DNA of 64,000 nucleotides from an uncultured Saprospiraceae bacterium. GTDB taxonomy: Bacteria; Bacteroidota; Bacteroidia; Chitinophagales; Saprospiraceae. A program made the translations under genes and the position numbers. Shown piece by piece: positions 1 to 10,477 of the stretch. Within the stretch, counting starts at the first letter, position 1. Each line of letters starts with the position of its first letter. The stretch is from assembly GCA_937924805.1 (NCBI GenBank), contig CALDTZ010000006.1, positions 81,635-145,634 of the forward strand, in the 5' to 3' direction. The notes under the pieces are model-generated. The model searched no databases, was not told where the DNA came from, and saw only the letters and a list, made by a program, of their open reading frames with translations.

Positions 1-27
1 TAGTTAACACATTTATTTTTAGATAGT

Positions 28-768
28 TTACTTATATATTTTTGAAGAAAGTAAACCCATTTTTGATAATCTATGTTTAACAGACACCATCATTACACCC
101 AATCCATATTTTGCACTTCTCCTAAAATTAATGGATGAAGCTTCATCAAAATATTTGGTTGGACATGTTACTTCACCAATATCAAAACCTTTATAAATTA
201 TTTGTGATAACATTTGATTATCAAAGACAAAGTCATCCGAGTTTTTATTAAAATTTATAGAATTCAGAACATTTGCGCTAAATGATCGATAACCTGTGTG
301 ATATTCAGAGAGTTTATAATTGACCAAAATATTTTGAAATAAGGTCAAGAAACGATTCGCTATAAATTTATACAAAGGCATTCCACCTTTTAACGCTCCT
401 TTACCAAGAATTCTCGATCCCAATACCACTTCATAAAGTCCTTCACCAATAATATTGACCATTGAAGGTATAAGTTTAGGAGTATACTGATAATCTGGAT
501 GCAACATTATGATGATATCTCCTTTCAACTCTAATGCTTTATTATACAACGATTTTTGATTGCCTCCGTAGCCTTTGTTTTGACTATGTTTAATAATATG
601 CTTTATTCCTAATCGTGTACCTACCTCTACGGTATCGTCTTTACTAGCATCGTCGCATAAAATAACTTCATCAACAAGAGGAAAAGGAATTTCATTATAT
701 GTTTTCTCTAAGGTCAAAGCTGCATTATACGCAGGAAGAACAACAATTACTTTTTTGTCTTTATACAT
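28..768 (-). CDS. family-2 glycosyltransferase (dolichyl-phosphate sugar transferase-like)
   Basis: 246-aa ORF. N-terminal VVLPAYNAA...ILCDDASKDDT GT-A signature and a HPDYQY region typical of GT2 enzymes. Confidence 0.8.
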   Translation of the reverse strand: MYKDKKVIVVLPAYNAALTLEKTYNEIPFPLVDEVILCDDASKDDTVEVGTRLGIKHIIKHSQNKGYGGNQKSLYNKALELKGDIIIMLHPDYQYTPKLIPSMVNIIGEGLYEVVLGSRILGKGALKGGMPLYKFIANRFLTLFQNILVNYKLSEYHTGYRSFSANVLNSINFNKNSDDFVFDNQMLSQIIYKGFDIGEVTCPTKYFDEASSINFRRSAKYGLGVMMVSVKHRLSKMGLLSSKIYK

Positions 769-880
769 TCGGTTGTTTCATTAAATCAAAATGTTATTAC
801 TTAAAATAGAATTATAATAAATGCTAAAACAATTCATTCAGTAATTACCTTTAGATAATTAAAGTGCTAAATTACAATTT

Positions 881-1615
881 ATGAAGTATTTGAAATGGAT
901 CGGTATAGCTTTAATTCTAGTTACCTTATTATCTGTTGGTTGTTTTAAAATGATGAGCAAGCCATTACCGCCTGTTATTCAAAATGAAAATGCCGATGAA
1001 TTAGCAACGCTAGTTTTAGATGCATTAAACAAAGAAGCTTGGGATAGCTTAAAATATCTTCAATGGGATTTCATGCTAGGCCATAAATTTAAGTGGGATA
1101 AAGCAAATAATATTGCAAATATTAAATGGGGTGATCACGAAGTAATCCTAAATCTAGATAACCAAACTGGCAACGTTTTTTCTAACGGCACTTTAGTTAC
1201 CGACGAAAAAAAGAAGCAGAAAAAACTACAACAAGCTTGGTCTCATTGGTGTAATGATTCTTTTTGGATGTTTGCACCGTATAAACTTTTCGACCCTGGA
1301 GTATCTAGAACAGTCGTTGAACTAGAAGGAAATGTAAGAGGTTTGAGTGTCGCTTATGAATCTGGTGGCGTAACACCCGGAGACCAATATATATGGCATA
1401 TTGATGAAAATAATATGCCAATAGCTTATCAAATGTATGTTAAAATTCTTCCAGTCAAAGGGATGAAAGTTACCTGGGATGGTTGGATAAATGTTGATGG
1501 TGCAAAACTTGCAACGAAGCATGGGAGTTCAATGATGAACTTCGAAATGAAAAATGTAAAAGGTGGTCAGAAACTTGAATCGATCAATGCTTTTGCAAAA
1601 ACATTTGAATTATGA
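881..1615 (+). CDS. hypothetical membrane-anchored protein / lipoprotein
   Basis: 244-aa ORF. The N-terminal hydrophobic segment ends in a lipobox-like LSVGC. Its stop overlaps the xth start (ATGA at 1612-1615). I recognise no family. Confidence 0.55.
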   Translation: MKYLKWIGIALILVTLLSVGCFKMMSKPLPPVIQNENADELATLVLDALNKEAWDSLKYLQWDFMLGHKFKWDKANNIANIKWGDHEVILNLDNQTGNVFSNGTLVTDEKKKQKKLQQAWSHWCNDSFWMFAPYKLFDPGVSRTVVELEGNVRGLSVAYESGGVTPGDQYIWHIDENNMPIAYQMYVKILPVKGMKVTWDGWINVDGAKLATKHGSSMMNFEMKNVKGGQKLESINAFAKTFEL

Positions 1616-2379
1616 AAGTAGTTTCTTACAATGTAAATGGAATAAGGGCTGCCATTAAAAAAGGATTAATTGAATGGTTGAAAAAGGAAAATCCTGATGT
1701 TTTTTGCATTCAAGAAAGTAAGGCTCAACCAGAGCAAGTAGATATGGAACCATTTACTGCATTGGGGTACCATAATTATTGGCATTCTGCAAAGAAACCA
1801 GGATATAGTGGTGTTGTAACCTTTTCCAAAAAAGAACCTACAGAAATTATCGCTGGCATCGGGATGGACAAATATGATTCGGAAGGTCGAGTCCTTTTGA
1901 CTGAAATCGAAGGTGTTAATATCCTCAATATTTATTTCCCATCTGGATCTTCAGGTGATGAAAGACATGATTTTAAAATGGAATTCCTTGCTGATTTAAG
2001 ACCATTTGTCAATAAACTAATTAGTCAAAATAAAAAGATAATCGTCGTTGGAGATTACAATATTGTCCGGTTGGATATTGACATTCATAACCCAAAAGGT
2101 TCGAAAAAAAGATCTGGATTTAAACCTGAGGAGCGTGCCTGGTTAAACCAATGGTTTAATACCGATTTTATTGATACGTTTAGACATTTTGAACCAGATA
2201 CAGAACATGTTTATTCTTGGTGGACTTACCGAATGGGAGCAAAAGCTAAAAATAAAGGCTGGAGAATAGACTATATCTCTTGTACAAAAAACATTAAAAA
2301 ATCATTAGCTTCTTCAAAACACCATACAGATGTTGTTTTTTCAGATCATTGTCCGATAGAAACTGTCTTTAATCTATAG
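1612..2379 (+). CDS. xth: exodeoxyribonuclease III (AP endonuclease, EEP fold)
   Basis: 255-aa ORF. MKVVSYNVNGIRAA...FCIQESK at the N-terminus, internal GDYN, and a C-terminal SDHCP motif, as in ExoIII/APE1 enzymes. Confidence 0.9.
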   Translation: MKVVSYNVNGIRAAIKKGLIEWLKKENPDVFCIQESKAQPEQVDMEPFTALGYHNYWHSAKKPGYSGVVTFSKKEPTEIIAGIGMDKYDSEGRVLLTEIEGVNILNIYFPSGSSGDERHDFKMEFLADLRPFVNKLISQNKKIIVVGDYNIVRLDIDIHNPKGSKKRSGFKPEERAWLNQWFNTDFIDTFRHFEPDTEHVYSWWTYRMGAKAKNKGWRIDYISCTKNIKKSLASSKHHTDVVFSDHCPIETVFNL

Positions 2380-3717
2380 TTGTTTAATTAAAACTAGCAA
2401 TTCATTAATATTTTTAGTGTTTGCACTCTGTCTTTTTGCTAAATCTCTACATTTGTTAGCTGCAATCAGCGCTTCTTTCTTATTACCAGATTCATATTGA
2501 AGCCTTGCCAAGGTAGCTGCATAGATATAATTATTAGGCTTCAAAGAAAATGCTTTATCAGCCCATTTAATTCCATTCTTTAATTTGGGGGTGTTTACAT
2601 AATTTAAAAGAAAGTATTGCGCGTATAAATGCATGATTTTGGCATCAACAACGGCCAAGCTATTTAAATAATAATCACACTTCTGTTCAAAATCGTCAAA
2701 ACGTTCTTCTTCAAAATATCTAGGGATTATATATTTATGTGCTTTGATCTCACTCGTATTTTCATCAACAAGACTTAATAAATATGAAGCTTCTTCAAAA
2801 GTTGGCCTAGGAAATCCTTGATTCAGTTTTGTGTTAACAAGTATATCTGTCGTTATTAGCACTTGGTTGACACCAATGAGTGCTTCGAAAAGTGATTTAT
2901 TAGCAACAAAATATTTAAATTCTTTAGAGTCTGTGTCTGATAAAAAGTCAAAAATAAAACGCATATTCTTTTCTGTACCCCAATCCTGTTGAGTTTCAAG
3001 GTAGGACCTAGCCACTTCCCAATGACTTCCATCCATTAATTCCATTCTAAAATATGCTTCTTGGAATAATACCTCTGGCGGCATATCATCTTCGCCAGAC
3101 ACATACAATATCTTATCTTTTACTTTCTTAGGTTGACTTTTATCAATGACTTTTAGATCATTGGAGCTTGATATAGATTCTATATTTTTGTTGGATTTTT
3201 TGGGTCTAGTCGATGTAGTTTGCCCAATTTGCTCTTGTAAAAATTGAGGTGGCTTATTCATATCCGGAGGCACATTGCTCAATTCATTTGCTTTTCTTAC
3301 AATCGTTTTTTCTTTTGCTTTATGTGCTAAAGCTAAAAACTCATCCGCATTTAAAACTCGATCTGTTTTTATTTTTACGAACCCTTCTTTATCCATAAAC
3401 AACATTGTTGGCAGAAAAACAACACCATATTTTGCTTTATAAATACTATTCTTACTTTCATCCATGTTAATTTTTACATTAACAAAGTTTTCATTTAGAA
3501 ACCTTATAACTCTAGGATCTCTAAATGTCGTTTCTGCCATTCGTTTACATGGGATACACCAAGGTGCAAATGCATCAATAAAAACAGGTTTGTTTTTCTG
3601 TTTACCAATAGAAACGGCTGCTTCTATCGACATTCTCCCAAATAAGACTCTTGTTTGGGCTTCTGCTGATTGAAGAACAAAAGTGGATATAAATATTAGG
3701 ATACATTTTCTTATCAT
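2374..3717 (-). CDS. secreted thioredoxin-fold protein with long helical/TPR-like C-terminal extension
   Basis: 447-aa ORF. Signal peptide (SAEAQ), a WCIPCKRM redox motif in a thioredoxin-like N-domain, then about 300 aa of helical sequence with a TPR-like end. Confidence 0.75.
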   Translation of the reverse strand: MIRKCILIFISTFVLQSAEAQTRVLFGRMSIEAAVSIGKQKNKPVFIDAFAPWCIPCKRMAETTFRDPRVIRFLNENFVNVKINMDESKNSIYKAKYGVVFLPTMLFMDKEGFVKIKTDRVLNADEFLALAHKAKEKTIVRKANELSNVPPDMNKPPQFLQEQIGQTTSTRPKKSNKNIESISSSNDLKVIDKSQPKKVKDKILYVSGEDDMPPEVLFQEAYFRMELMDGSHWEVARSYLETQQDWGTEKNMRFIFDFLSDTDSKEFKYFVANKSLFEALIGVNQVLITTDILVNTKLNQGFPRPTFEEASYLLSLVDENTSEIKAHKYIIPRYFEEERFDDFEQKCDYYLNSLAVVDAKIMHLYAQYFLLNYVNTPKLKNGIKWADKAFSLKPNNYIYAATLARLQYESGNKKEALIAANKCRDLAKRQSANTKNINELLVLIKQL

Positions 3718-3732
3718 TCTCTACGCTACAAA

Positions 3733-4905
3733 TTACATTCGTGACTCAATCATTTTAGATACTCTTTTTAGTGATGCCGTTTTTTGATCTTTTTTCGTCA
3801 AATTCACGATACCCTCTTTTGCTATTTTTAATGCCTCTTCCTTTCTTTGAATTTTCATTAATAACGTTATGTAATGAACATAACTTTCTTCTTTGGGACT
3901 ATACTTTACTAATTGCTTTGCTAAACTTAAACCAAAATTAATAGCGGGCTCACTATCTGGCATTGATTTAAAAACTTTATCTGAAATTTCTTTAAAAATA
4001 ATTGGATTATCCTTGCCATACTTTTTAGCGTAAGGTTTTGCATTTTTAATGTAAGCTTCATCATTTTTATACGCTAAATCATAATCCATTTTTGCTGTAT
4101 ATGCAAATGTTTTAGCATCTGGAGATTTCGCTTCTTTCATTTTTGAAATAGCTTCATCTACAAGTGAAGGGTATTCGTATTCAATAGCCTTTTCTATTGT
4201 TTTTTGACATGCATTTGCAACCGTGTTGTTATAAGATTCTTCTCCAACAATTTTTATAATTTCAGACCTATCCTTTACTAATGTATCAAACAACTTAGAA
4301 TCTGCTTCTGTGGTTGCAATGGCAACAATTTTTAATTTCTCCTCACGAGATATTTTATCTTCTTGTTCTTTAAGAAAAAGATTTGCAACCTTCAATGTTG
4401 GTTTTCCAGCTTTACTTAATGCTTTCAAATAATTATAAACCAAATCAAAATCTCGATCTCCTGCTTCATACTTAGATTCGTATTTACCTGTATAATCAAT
4501 CGAAGATAACGCTGATGTTCCCATTTCAATTAAAGCATCACCGCTTCTCCCACCTTTTACTTTTTTGACAACTTTCCCATCCCCATCTAAAAACATCATC
4601 GTAGGGTATGCTGACACCGGATATTGTTGACCAAATTCTCTTCCCATTTTTTCTTCCATATCAATCTTTAAATTGATAAAATTTTGATTGAAAAAACGAC
4701 CTACCTCTTCTTTTGTGAATTCTGTTTTAGCCATTCTTTTGCAAGGTCCACACCATTTAGCATATGCATCAACAAAAATTAATTTTTCTTCGTTTTTAGC
4801 AATTTCTAACGCTTCTTTCCAATCTCCTTTATAAAATTCTATACCTTGACTAAATCCAGCAAAATTGAATATAAAAATGATAACTAAAGTTTGTAAAAAT
4901 TTCAT
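3733..4905 (-). CDS. secreted thioredoxin-fold protein with helical C-terminal extension (paralogue of the neighbouring gene)
   Basis: 390-aa ORF. Signal peptide and a WCGPCKRM motif. The N-domain aligns by eye with 2374-3717 (FVDAYA.WC.PCKRMA...F...FIN.KI.M). Confidence 0.75.
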   Translation of the reverse strand: MKFLQTLVIIFIFNFAGFSQGIEFYKGDWKEALEIAKNEEKLIFVDAYAKWCGPCKRMAKTEFTKEEVGRFFNQNFINLKIDMEEKMGREFGQQYPVSAYPTMMFLDGDGKVVKKVKGGRSGDALIEMGTSALSSIDYTGKYESKYEAGDRDFDLVYNYLKALSKAGKPTLKVANLFLKEQEDKISREEKLKIVAIATTEADSKLFDTLVKDRSEIIKIVGEESYNNTVANACQKTIEKAIEYEYPSLVDEAISKMKEAKSPDAKTFAYTAKMDYDLAYKNDEAYIKNAKPYAKKYGKDNPIIFKEISDKVFKSMPDSEPAINFGLSLAKQLVKYSPKEESYVHYITLLMKIQRKEEALKIAKEGIVNLTKKDQKTASLKRVSKMIESRM

Positions 4906-5100
4906 GATGTATCCCTTTTAATAAATTATGATGCTCGTAAGAAATATTGCAGCCGTGAATATGCTTTAATGTGAAGGTTTCTACGCTAAAGAACGCATAC
5001 AAATTTAGAAAATTATACTTCATTATCATAAATGCATAAAATTATTTTAAATCCTAATTTTGAATTCAGGTTATCTAACTTTGATTACAAATTATAAAGT

Positions 5101-6297
5101 GTGAGTTTAAGAAATATTTACCTTGAAAATGTAGGTCAAACAAGTGAAATGTCAATGCTTTTAGAAGTGTCGCACGCTAAAGGCGTATACATTTATGATA
5201 CATCCGGCAAACAATATATGGATCTAAATTCTGGAATTTCAGTAAGTAATTTGGGTCATAGTCATCCTGCTATCATCGAAGCTATTCAAAAACAAAGTGA
5301 AGCACACCTGCATACAATGGTGTATGGAGAACATGTTCAATCAAGTCAAGCTTTATTTGCAAAAAATTTATTGAGTAAAATCGATGATCGTTATAATTCG
5401 TTGTACTATTTGTTAACAGGAAGTGAGGTAGTTGAGGCAGCAATGAAATTAGCTAAAAAACAAACAAATAGAACTCAAATAATCGCTGCAAAACATGCTT
5501 ATCATGGCAGTACACAAGGCGCTGAAAGCCTGCGTTCTGATGAATCATACAAACGAGCTTTCTACCCTTTATTGCCGGATATTGATTATATCGTTTTTAA
5601 TGATCTTGAAAGTTTGCAATTGATTACAGAAAAGACAGCATGTGTCATTATTGAACCTGTCCAAGCTGAGGCTGGAATCATATCCCCTACGCATCATTTT
5701 CTCAATGCAGTTCAGAATAAATGCAAAGAAACCGGCACTCTTTTTATTTTAGATGAAATCCAAACAGGTTTTGGTCGAACAGGGTCTTTGTTTGCTTTTC
5801 AAAAATTTGGTCTAGCCCCAGATATTATTTGTATCGGAAAAGCTATGGGCGGAGGATTACCTTTAAGTGGGTTGATCTCTTCAAAAGAAATTATGATGTC
5901 CCTCGCAAAAAATCCAGCATTAGGCCATATATCTACGTTTGGAGGTCACCCTCTCTCTTGTGCTTCGGCAAATGCAGCCTTGAAGGTCTTAGAAAATGAG
6001 AACCTAATCGAAACAGTCGAAAAAAAGGCCTTGCTTTTCGTAAATGAACTTAGCAACCACACTATTATCAAAGAAATTCGGTTTGAAGGTTTGCTTATGG
6101 CAGTCGAAGTAACCAAAAGAAAATACCTCAAACATGTAGTTTCAAAAGCAATTGAACTAGGCGTACTTATTGATTTCTTTTTATTTAATAGAAGTAGTTT
6201 CAGATTAGCACCTCCATTGATTATTTCAGAAAAAGACATAAAAAAAGCTTCATCGATACTTCGTGAAGCTTTTAATTATGCTGAATCTTTATATTAA
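5101..6297 (+). CDS. class III (PLP-dependent) aminotransferase, acetylornithine/ornithine aminotransferase-like
   Basis: 398-aa ORF with a GTG start. Contains GISVSNLGHSHP, DEIQTGFGRTG and the GKAMGGG lysine region. Confidence 0.8.
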   Translation: MSLRNIYLENVGQTSEMSMLLEVSHAKGVYIYDTSGKQYMDLNSGISVSNLGHSHPAIIEAIQKQSEAHLHTMVYGEHVQSSQALFAKNLLSKIDDRYNSLYYLLTGSEVVEAAMKLAKKQTNRTQIIAAKHAYHGSTQGAESLRSDESYKRAFYPLLPDIDYIVFNDLESLQLITEKTACVIIEPVQAEAGIISPTHHFLNAVQNKCKETGTLFILDEIQTGFGRTGSLFAFQKFGLAPDIICIGKAMGGGLPLSGLISSKEIMMSLAKNPALGHISTFGGHPLSCASANAALKVLENENLIETVEKKALLFVNELSNHTIIKEIRFEGLLMAVEVTKRKYLKHVVSKAIELGVLIDFFLFNRSSFRLAPPLIISEKDIKKASSILREAFNYAESLY

Positions 6298-6860
6298 TCT
6301 ATATTAATTTTTCCCGTTTTTAATGGGCCTTCATCTTTTACTTTATTTAAACCTTTACTTACAATGTCAATATACTTTTGGTATTGAGAAGCACTTAGAA
6401 TGCTTTTAATATTACCTTCTGTTTTTGACTTAAGTTTACTCAAAGCTTGAGAAGTTGCTTGTTCGTTTCCTTTATTTGCTTGAAGAATCGTCTTTTTTTC
6501 GTTTCCTGAAATTCTTAAAATCGTTTTAAGCTGATTTCCAACATCTTGCGACACACCTAAAGATGAGATCATATTATCCATTTCTAAATCACCATTTTTC
6601 TTTCCCAAAACTTTCGTTTCAGAATCGACACGGTCGTTGGTTGGTTCTACATCTTTCATTCCATCACCATCACTTCTAGTTTCCGTATTTGTTGATGGAC
6701 CATTTGTTTCTATTCTTGATCCTTTATCATTAGCATCTGTTGTAGGCGCTTGTTGTTCTGTTGGAGGTGGAATCGACATGATCAATATTTGTTCAAGGAT
6801 TGCACAAGAACTTAACATCATTATACTTGTTACCATCAAAAGTCCATATAGCTTATTCAT
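6294..6860 (-). CDS. hypothetical lipoprotein
   Basis: 188-aa ORF. Lipobox MLSSC, a low-complexity acidic/Thr-rich linker, and a helical C-terminal part. Its stop overlaps the aminotransferase stop (TTAA). Confidence 0.5.
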   Translation of the reverse strand: MNKLYGLLMVTSIMMLSSCAILEQILIMSIPPPTEQQAPTTDANDKGSRIETNGPSTNTETRSDGDGMKDVEPTNDRVDSETKVLGKKNGDLEMDNMISSLGVSQDVGNQLKTILRISGNEKKTILQANKGNEQATSQALSKLKSKTEGNIKSILSASQYQKYIDIVSKGLNKVKDEGPLKTGKINID

Positions 6861-6954
6861 AACCGTAAATTTTAATTTTTTAATGAGTGCTTATTGAAAT
6901 ACAAACAAAGTCATTACTCCAAATAGTTTAAGGAATTGAAATTTTAAGATAAGA

Positions 6955-8439
6955 TTATAATTCTTTTCTTAGTCTTGCTACAGGGATATTTAACTGTTCT
7001 CTGTATTTAGCTACTGTTCTCCTTGCAATGTTGTAGCCTTTTTTCAATAACATATTTTTAAGCTTTTCGTCTGAGAATGGTTTCTTTTTATTTTCAGCAA
7101 CGATGATGTCATTTAATATGTTTTTAACTTCTAAAGTCGATACCAATGTTCCATCTTGGGTTTGTAACGATTCCGAAAAGAAATCTTTTAAACGTTTCGT
7201 TCCGAATTCCGTTTGAACAAATTTACTATTCGCAACTCTAGAAATCGTTGATATATCAAGGTTTGTGATTTCTGCTATATCCTTTAGTATCATTGGTCTT
7301 AGTTGCTTTTCATCTCCTGATGTAAAATAATCAAACTGGAACTGCATAATAGAATACATAGTATTCGATAAAGTCTCTTGTCTCTGTTTGATTGCATCTA
7401 TAAACCACTTAGCAGAGTCAATTTTTTGCTTAATAAACATCACTGCTTCTTTCTCTTTTTTAGTCGATTTTCGACGTTCATTTGAGACATTGTATGATTT
7501 AAGCATATCAAGATAATTATCATTGATTCTTAAATCAGGTGCATTCTTACTATTGAGTGTCAAATCTAATTCACCATCTCTATTGGTGATTATAAAGTCA
7601 GGAACAATGTATTGATTTGTCCGATCGCCTGCTCCAACAAAATTACTAGCTGGTTTTGGATTTAACTTTAATATCTCTGAAATTGCATCTTTTAATTCTG
7701 ATTCGGAGATAAATAAATGCTTCTGAAGCTTTGTATAGTGTTTTTTTGAAAATTCTTCAAAATGGTATTGAAGAATCTTTATAGCAGTTTCTCTAATATT
7801 CTGTTCTTCACTTGTTCCTATCTCCTTTTTACGGATCAATTGAAGCAATAAACATTCTTTCAAATCCCTTGATCCAAGACCAGCAGGTTCAAACAATTGT
7901 ACTCGCTCTAATACTGTTCTAATTTCTTCAACAGTCACCTCTACATTTTGAGCAAACATTAAATCATCTTGCATTGCTTCTAGTGATCGTCTTAAATAGC
8001 CATCACTATCTATACTCCCTATTATTTGTTGGGCTATCGTATGATTCTTTTCAACTTCAAAATGGATCATATCGAGTTGTTTCAACAAGTGATCATTAAA
8101 GGACTCTTCAATGGCAATTGGAATTGCTTTGTCCTCATCATCTGCACTGAAGTTGTCACTTTTTACTTTATAACTTATTGGATCGTCTTCAATATATTCT
8201 TTCAAATAATCATCCAATTCATAGTTTTCTACTTCTTCCCCGTCAGCAGTTTCATTTTCATCTGCTACATCAAAAACTTCACCAGAGTCATTGCCCTCAT
8301 CAAGGGCTGGATTCGATTCCAACTCTTCTTTTATTCTTTGATCCAATGTCGCCGTCGGTATTTGCAAAAGTTTCATAAGTTGTATCTGCTGTGGAGACAA
8401 CTTTTGCAACATCTTTTGGCTCAAACTCTGCTTTATCAT
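6955..8439 (-). CDS. rpoN: RNA polymerase sigma-54 factor
   Basis: 494-aa ORF. Gln/Leu-rich region I, acidic region II, and the C-terminal RpoN box ARRTVAKYR. Confidence 0.93.
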   Translation of the reverse strand: MIKQSLSQKMLQKLSPQQIQLMKLLQIPTATLDQRIKEELESNPALDEGNDSGEVFDVADENETADGEEVENYELDDYLKEYIEDDPISYKVKSDNFSADDEDKAIPIAIEESFNDHLLKQLDMIHFEVEKNHTIAQQIIGSIDSDGYLRRSLEAMQDDLMFAQNVEVTVEEIRTVLERVQLFEPAGLGSRDLKECLLLQLIRKKEIGTSEEQNIRETAIKILQYHFEEFSKKHYTKLQKHLFISESELKDAISEILKLNPKPASNFVGAGDRTNQYIVPDFIITNRDGELDLTLNSKNAPDLRINDNYLDMLKSYNVSNERRKSTKKEKEAVMFIKQKIDSAKWFIDAIKQRQETLSNTMYSIMQFQFDYFTSGDEKQLRPMILKDIAEITNLDISTISRVANSKFVQTEFGTKRLKDFFSESLQTQDGTLVSTLEVKNILNDIIVAENKKKPFSDEKLKNMLLKKGYNIARRTVAKYREQLNIPVARLRKEL

Positions 8440-8593
8440 AATGCTAATTTACTTATATTACCAAAAATTAACACGTTTGGTTTTTAAATCGAACGTATTA
8501 ACAATAATTAGTCCAAATATAAACATATTATATATTTATTGAATATAAAAACAATTTATTATCAATAATTAACACTTGATTAAAAAACGACAT

Positions 8594-10363
8594 ATGTCTG
8601 TTAATGAAAATATATATTCTTTACGTCAAGCTATGAAATCATCAAATATTGATGCTTTTATCGTACCATCTTCTGATCCACATCAAAGTGAATATGCTGC
8701 TGATCATTGGAAATCAAGAGAGTGGATATCTGGTTTTACCGGGTCTGCCGGTACCGCTATTGTTACCATGGATCATGCAGCACTATGGACTGATGTTCGA
8801 TATTTTATTCAAGCAGACACCGAATTAGCAGATTCTGAATTCCAATTACATAAAATAATTCCTTTCGAAGAAACTTATATCGAATGGTTAGCAAATCATC
8901 TTAATGAAGGTGCTACTGTAGGTATAGACGGGTATAATTTTTCAATTAAGCAAGCAAATTCAATGCGAAAAATATTGAAAAATAAAAATATACAATTGCA
9001 TGTATCCATAGATCCCATATCAGAAATATGGAAAAACAGACCATCTCTTCCTTTAGATCTCGCTTTTATCCATGGTGAAGATTTTCAAGGTGAACCAATG
9101 GAAAATAGGATAAAAATAATTCAAAAAGATCTGAAAAAAAATCAACATTTGCTTGTAACTGCACTTGATGATATTGCTTGGTTACTCCATCTAAGAGGTA
9201 AAGATGTTGATTGTAACCCAGTAGCCATTGCATACGTAATTGTAAGTCAAAATGAAGTGACACTTTATATAAACAAACAAAAACTTGATTCAAAAACGAC
9301 GACTACCTTTGCACAGAACAATGTTAAGATTAAAGAATACAACTTAATCACCAAAGACCTTCAAAATTTTGCAAAAAATGAGACGATCATTTTAGATGAT
9401 ACGATTTGCAGCGTAGCCTTAGAGGCGCTCATTAATTGTTCAATAAACGTTGAAAAAAGTTTGATAAGAGAACTGAAAGGTGTCAAAAATTCAAAAGAAA
9501 TTGAACACATCAGAGAGGCTATGATTAAAGATGGTGTAGCCTTGGCCAAAACATTTAAATGGCTGGAAGAAAACGTTTCAAAAACGACCATAACTGAATA
9601 CGACTTACTTGAGAAACTGATTGAAAATAGATCAAAACAAGCACATTATTTTGGAGAAAGTTTTGGTGCTATTGTAGGCTATAGAGGTAATGGTGCAATT
9701 ATTCATTATGCTCCTTCGAAAACCAATAGTGCACAAATCAAACCTTCAGGTGTTCTGCTGTGTGATTCTGGAGGTCAATACTTTGACGGGACCACTGACA
9801 TAACAAGAACTTTTGCAATGGGTGATGATGTTCCAGAAGAAACAAAACTTGCTTATACTTTAGTATTAAAAGGTATGATTGCCTTAGATAGAGCCGTATT
9901 TCCTATTGGTACAATTGGGGGCCAACTCGACATTCTTGCCAGAAAACCACTTTGGGAACATGGATTAAACTATGGCCATGGTACAGGTCATGGTGTTGGT
10001 TATTTTCTAAATGTTCATGAGCCTCCGCAAGGGTTTGCACCCGGACTTTCATCCTCAAGGTCACTAGCCATTATGAAAGAAGGAATGATTACCTCTAATG
10101 AACCTGGACATTACAAGCAAGGTGAGTATGGTATCAGAATCGAAAACTGTGTAGTGACGAAAAAACATAAAAACCCTGGGTATTTATGTCATGAATCATT
10201 AACAATGTACCCAATAGATACCCAATTAATACTTATTGACAAATTGGATACTAGCGAAAAAGAATGGATCAACAATTACCATGAAACTTGTTACCAATTA
10301 ATAACTCCTCGATTAAAAGAAGAAGAGAAAGCATGGTTTAAAACTAAATGTGTAAAAATATAA
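8594..10363 (+). CDS. Xaa-Pro aminopeptidase (M24 family, aminopeptidase P-like)
   Basis: The ORF opens at TTG 8576, and the first ATG is at 8594. Creatinase-like N-domains plus a pita-bread domain with HGTGHGVG, SNEPG.Y and GIRIEN motifs. Confidence 0.85.
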   Translation: MSVNENIYSLRQAMKSSNIDAFIVPSSDPHQSEYAADHWKSREWISGFTGSAGTAIVTMDHAALWTDVRYFIQADTELADSEFQLHKIIPFEETYIEWLANHLNEGATVGIDGYNFSIKQANSMRKILKNKNIQLHVSIDPISEIWKNRPSLPLDLAFIHGEDFQGEPMENRIKIIQKDLKKNQHLLVTALDDIAWLLHLRGKDVDCNPVAIAYVIVSQNEVTLYINKQKLDSKTTTTFAQNNVKIKEYNLITKDLQNFAKNETIILDDTICSVALEALINCSINVEKSLIRELKGVKNSKEIEHIREAMIKDGVALAKTFKWLEENVSKTTITEYDLLEKLIENRSKQAHYFGESFGAIVGYRGNGAIIHYAPSKTNSAQIKPSGVLLCDSGGQYFDGTTDITRTFAMGDDVPEETKLAYTLVLKGMIALDRAVFPIGTIGGQLDILARKPLWEHGLNYGHGTGHGVGYFLNVHEPPQGFAPGLSSSRSLAIMKEGMITSNEPGHYKQGEYGIRIENCVVTKKHKNPGYLCHESLTMYPIDTQLILIDKLDTSEKEWINNYHETCYQLITPRLKEEEKAWFKTKCVKI

Positions 10364-10477
10364 TTTACCCCTTTACACTAAATAATCTTTAATTGTTTTT
10401 ACATTTTTAACCATTTAACCTTTATTTGCATAATATTTGTAATTAAATATTATCAAAGACTAAACTATTATCAAATC

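Noticed and set aside
8026-8487. A 153-aa ORF antisense to rpoN, and many similar 60-115-aa track ORFs. Examples: 1322-1522, 3464-3673, 5946-6239, 6637-6897, 9066-9293, 23134-23358, 33232-33647, 41418-41660, 42140-42406, 48642-48983, 52127-52360.
   Set aside because: All lie inside, and antisense to or out of frame with, longer ORFs that have clear family motifs. Their sequences are low-complexity and Leu/Phe/Ser/Ile-rich, as expected from reading AT-rich coding DNA in the wrong frame. They look like spurious shadow ORFs.
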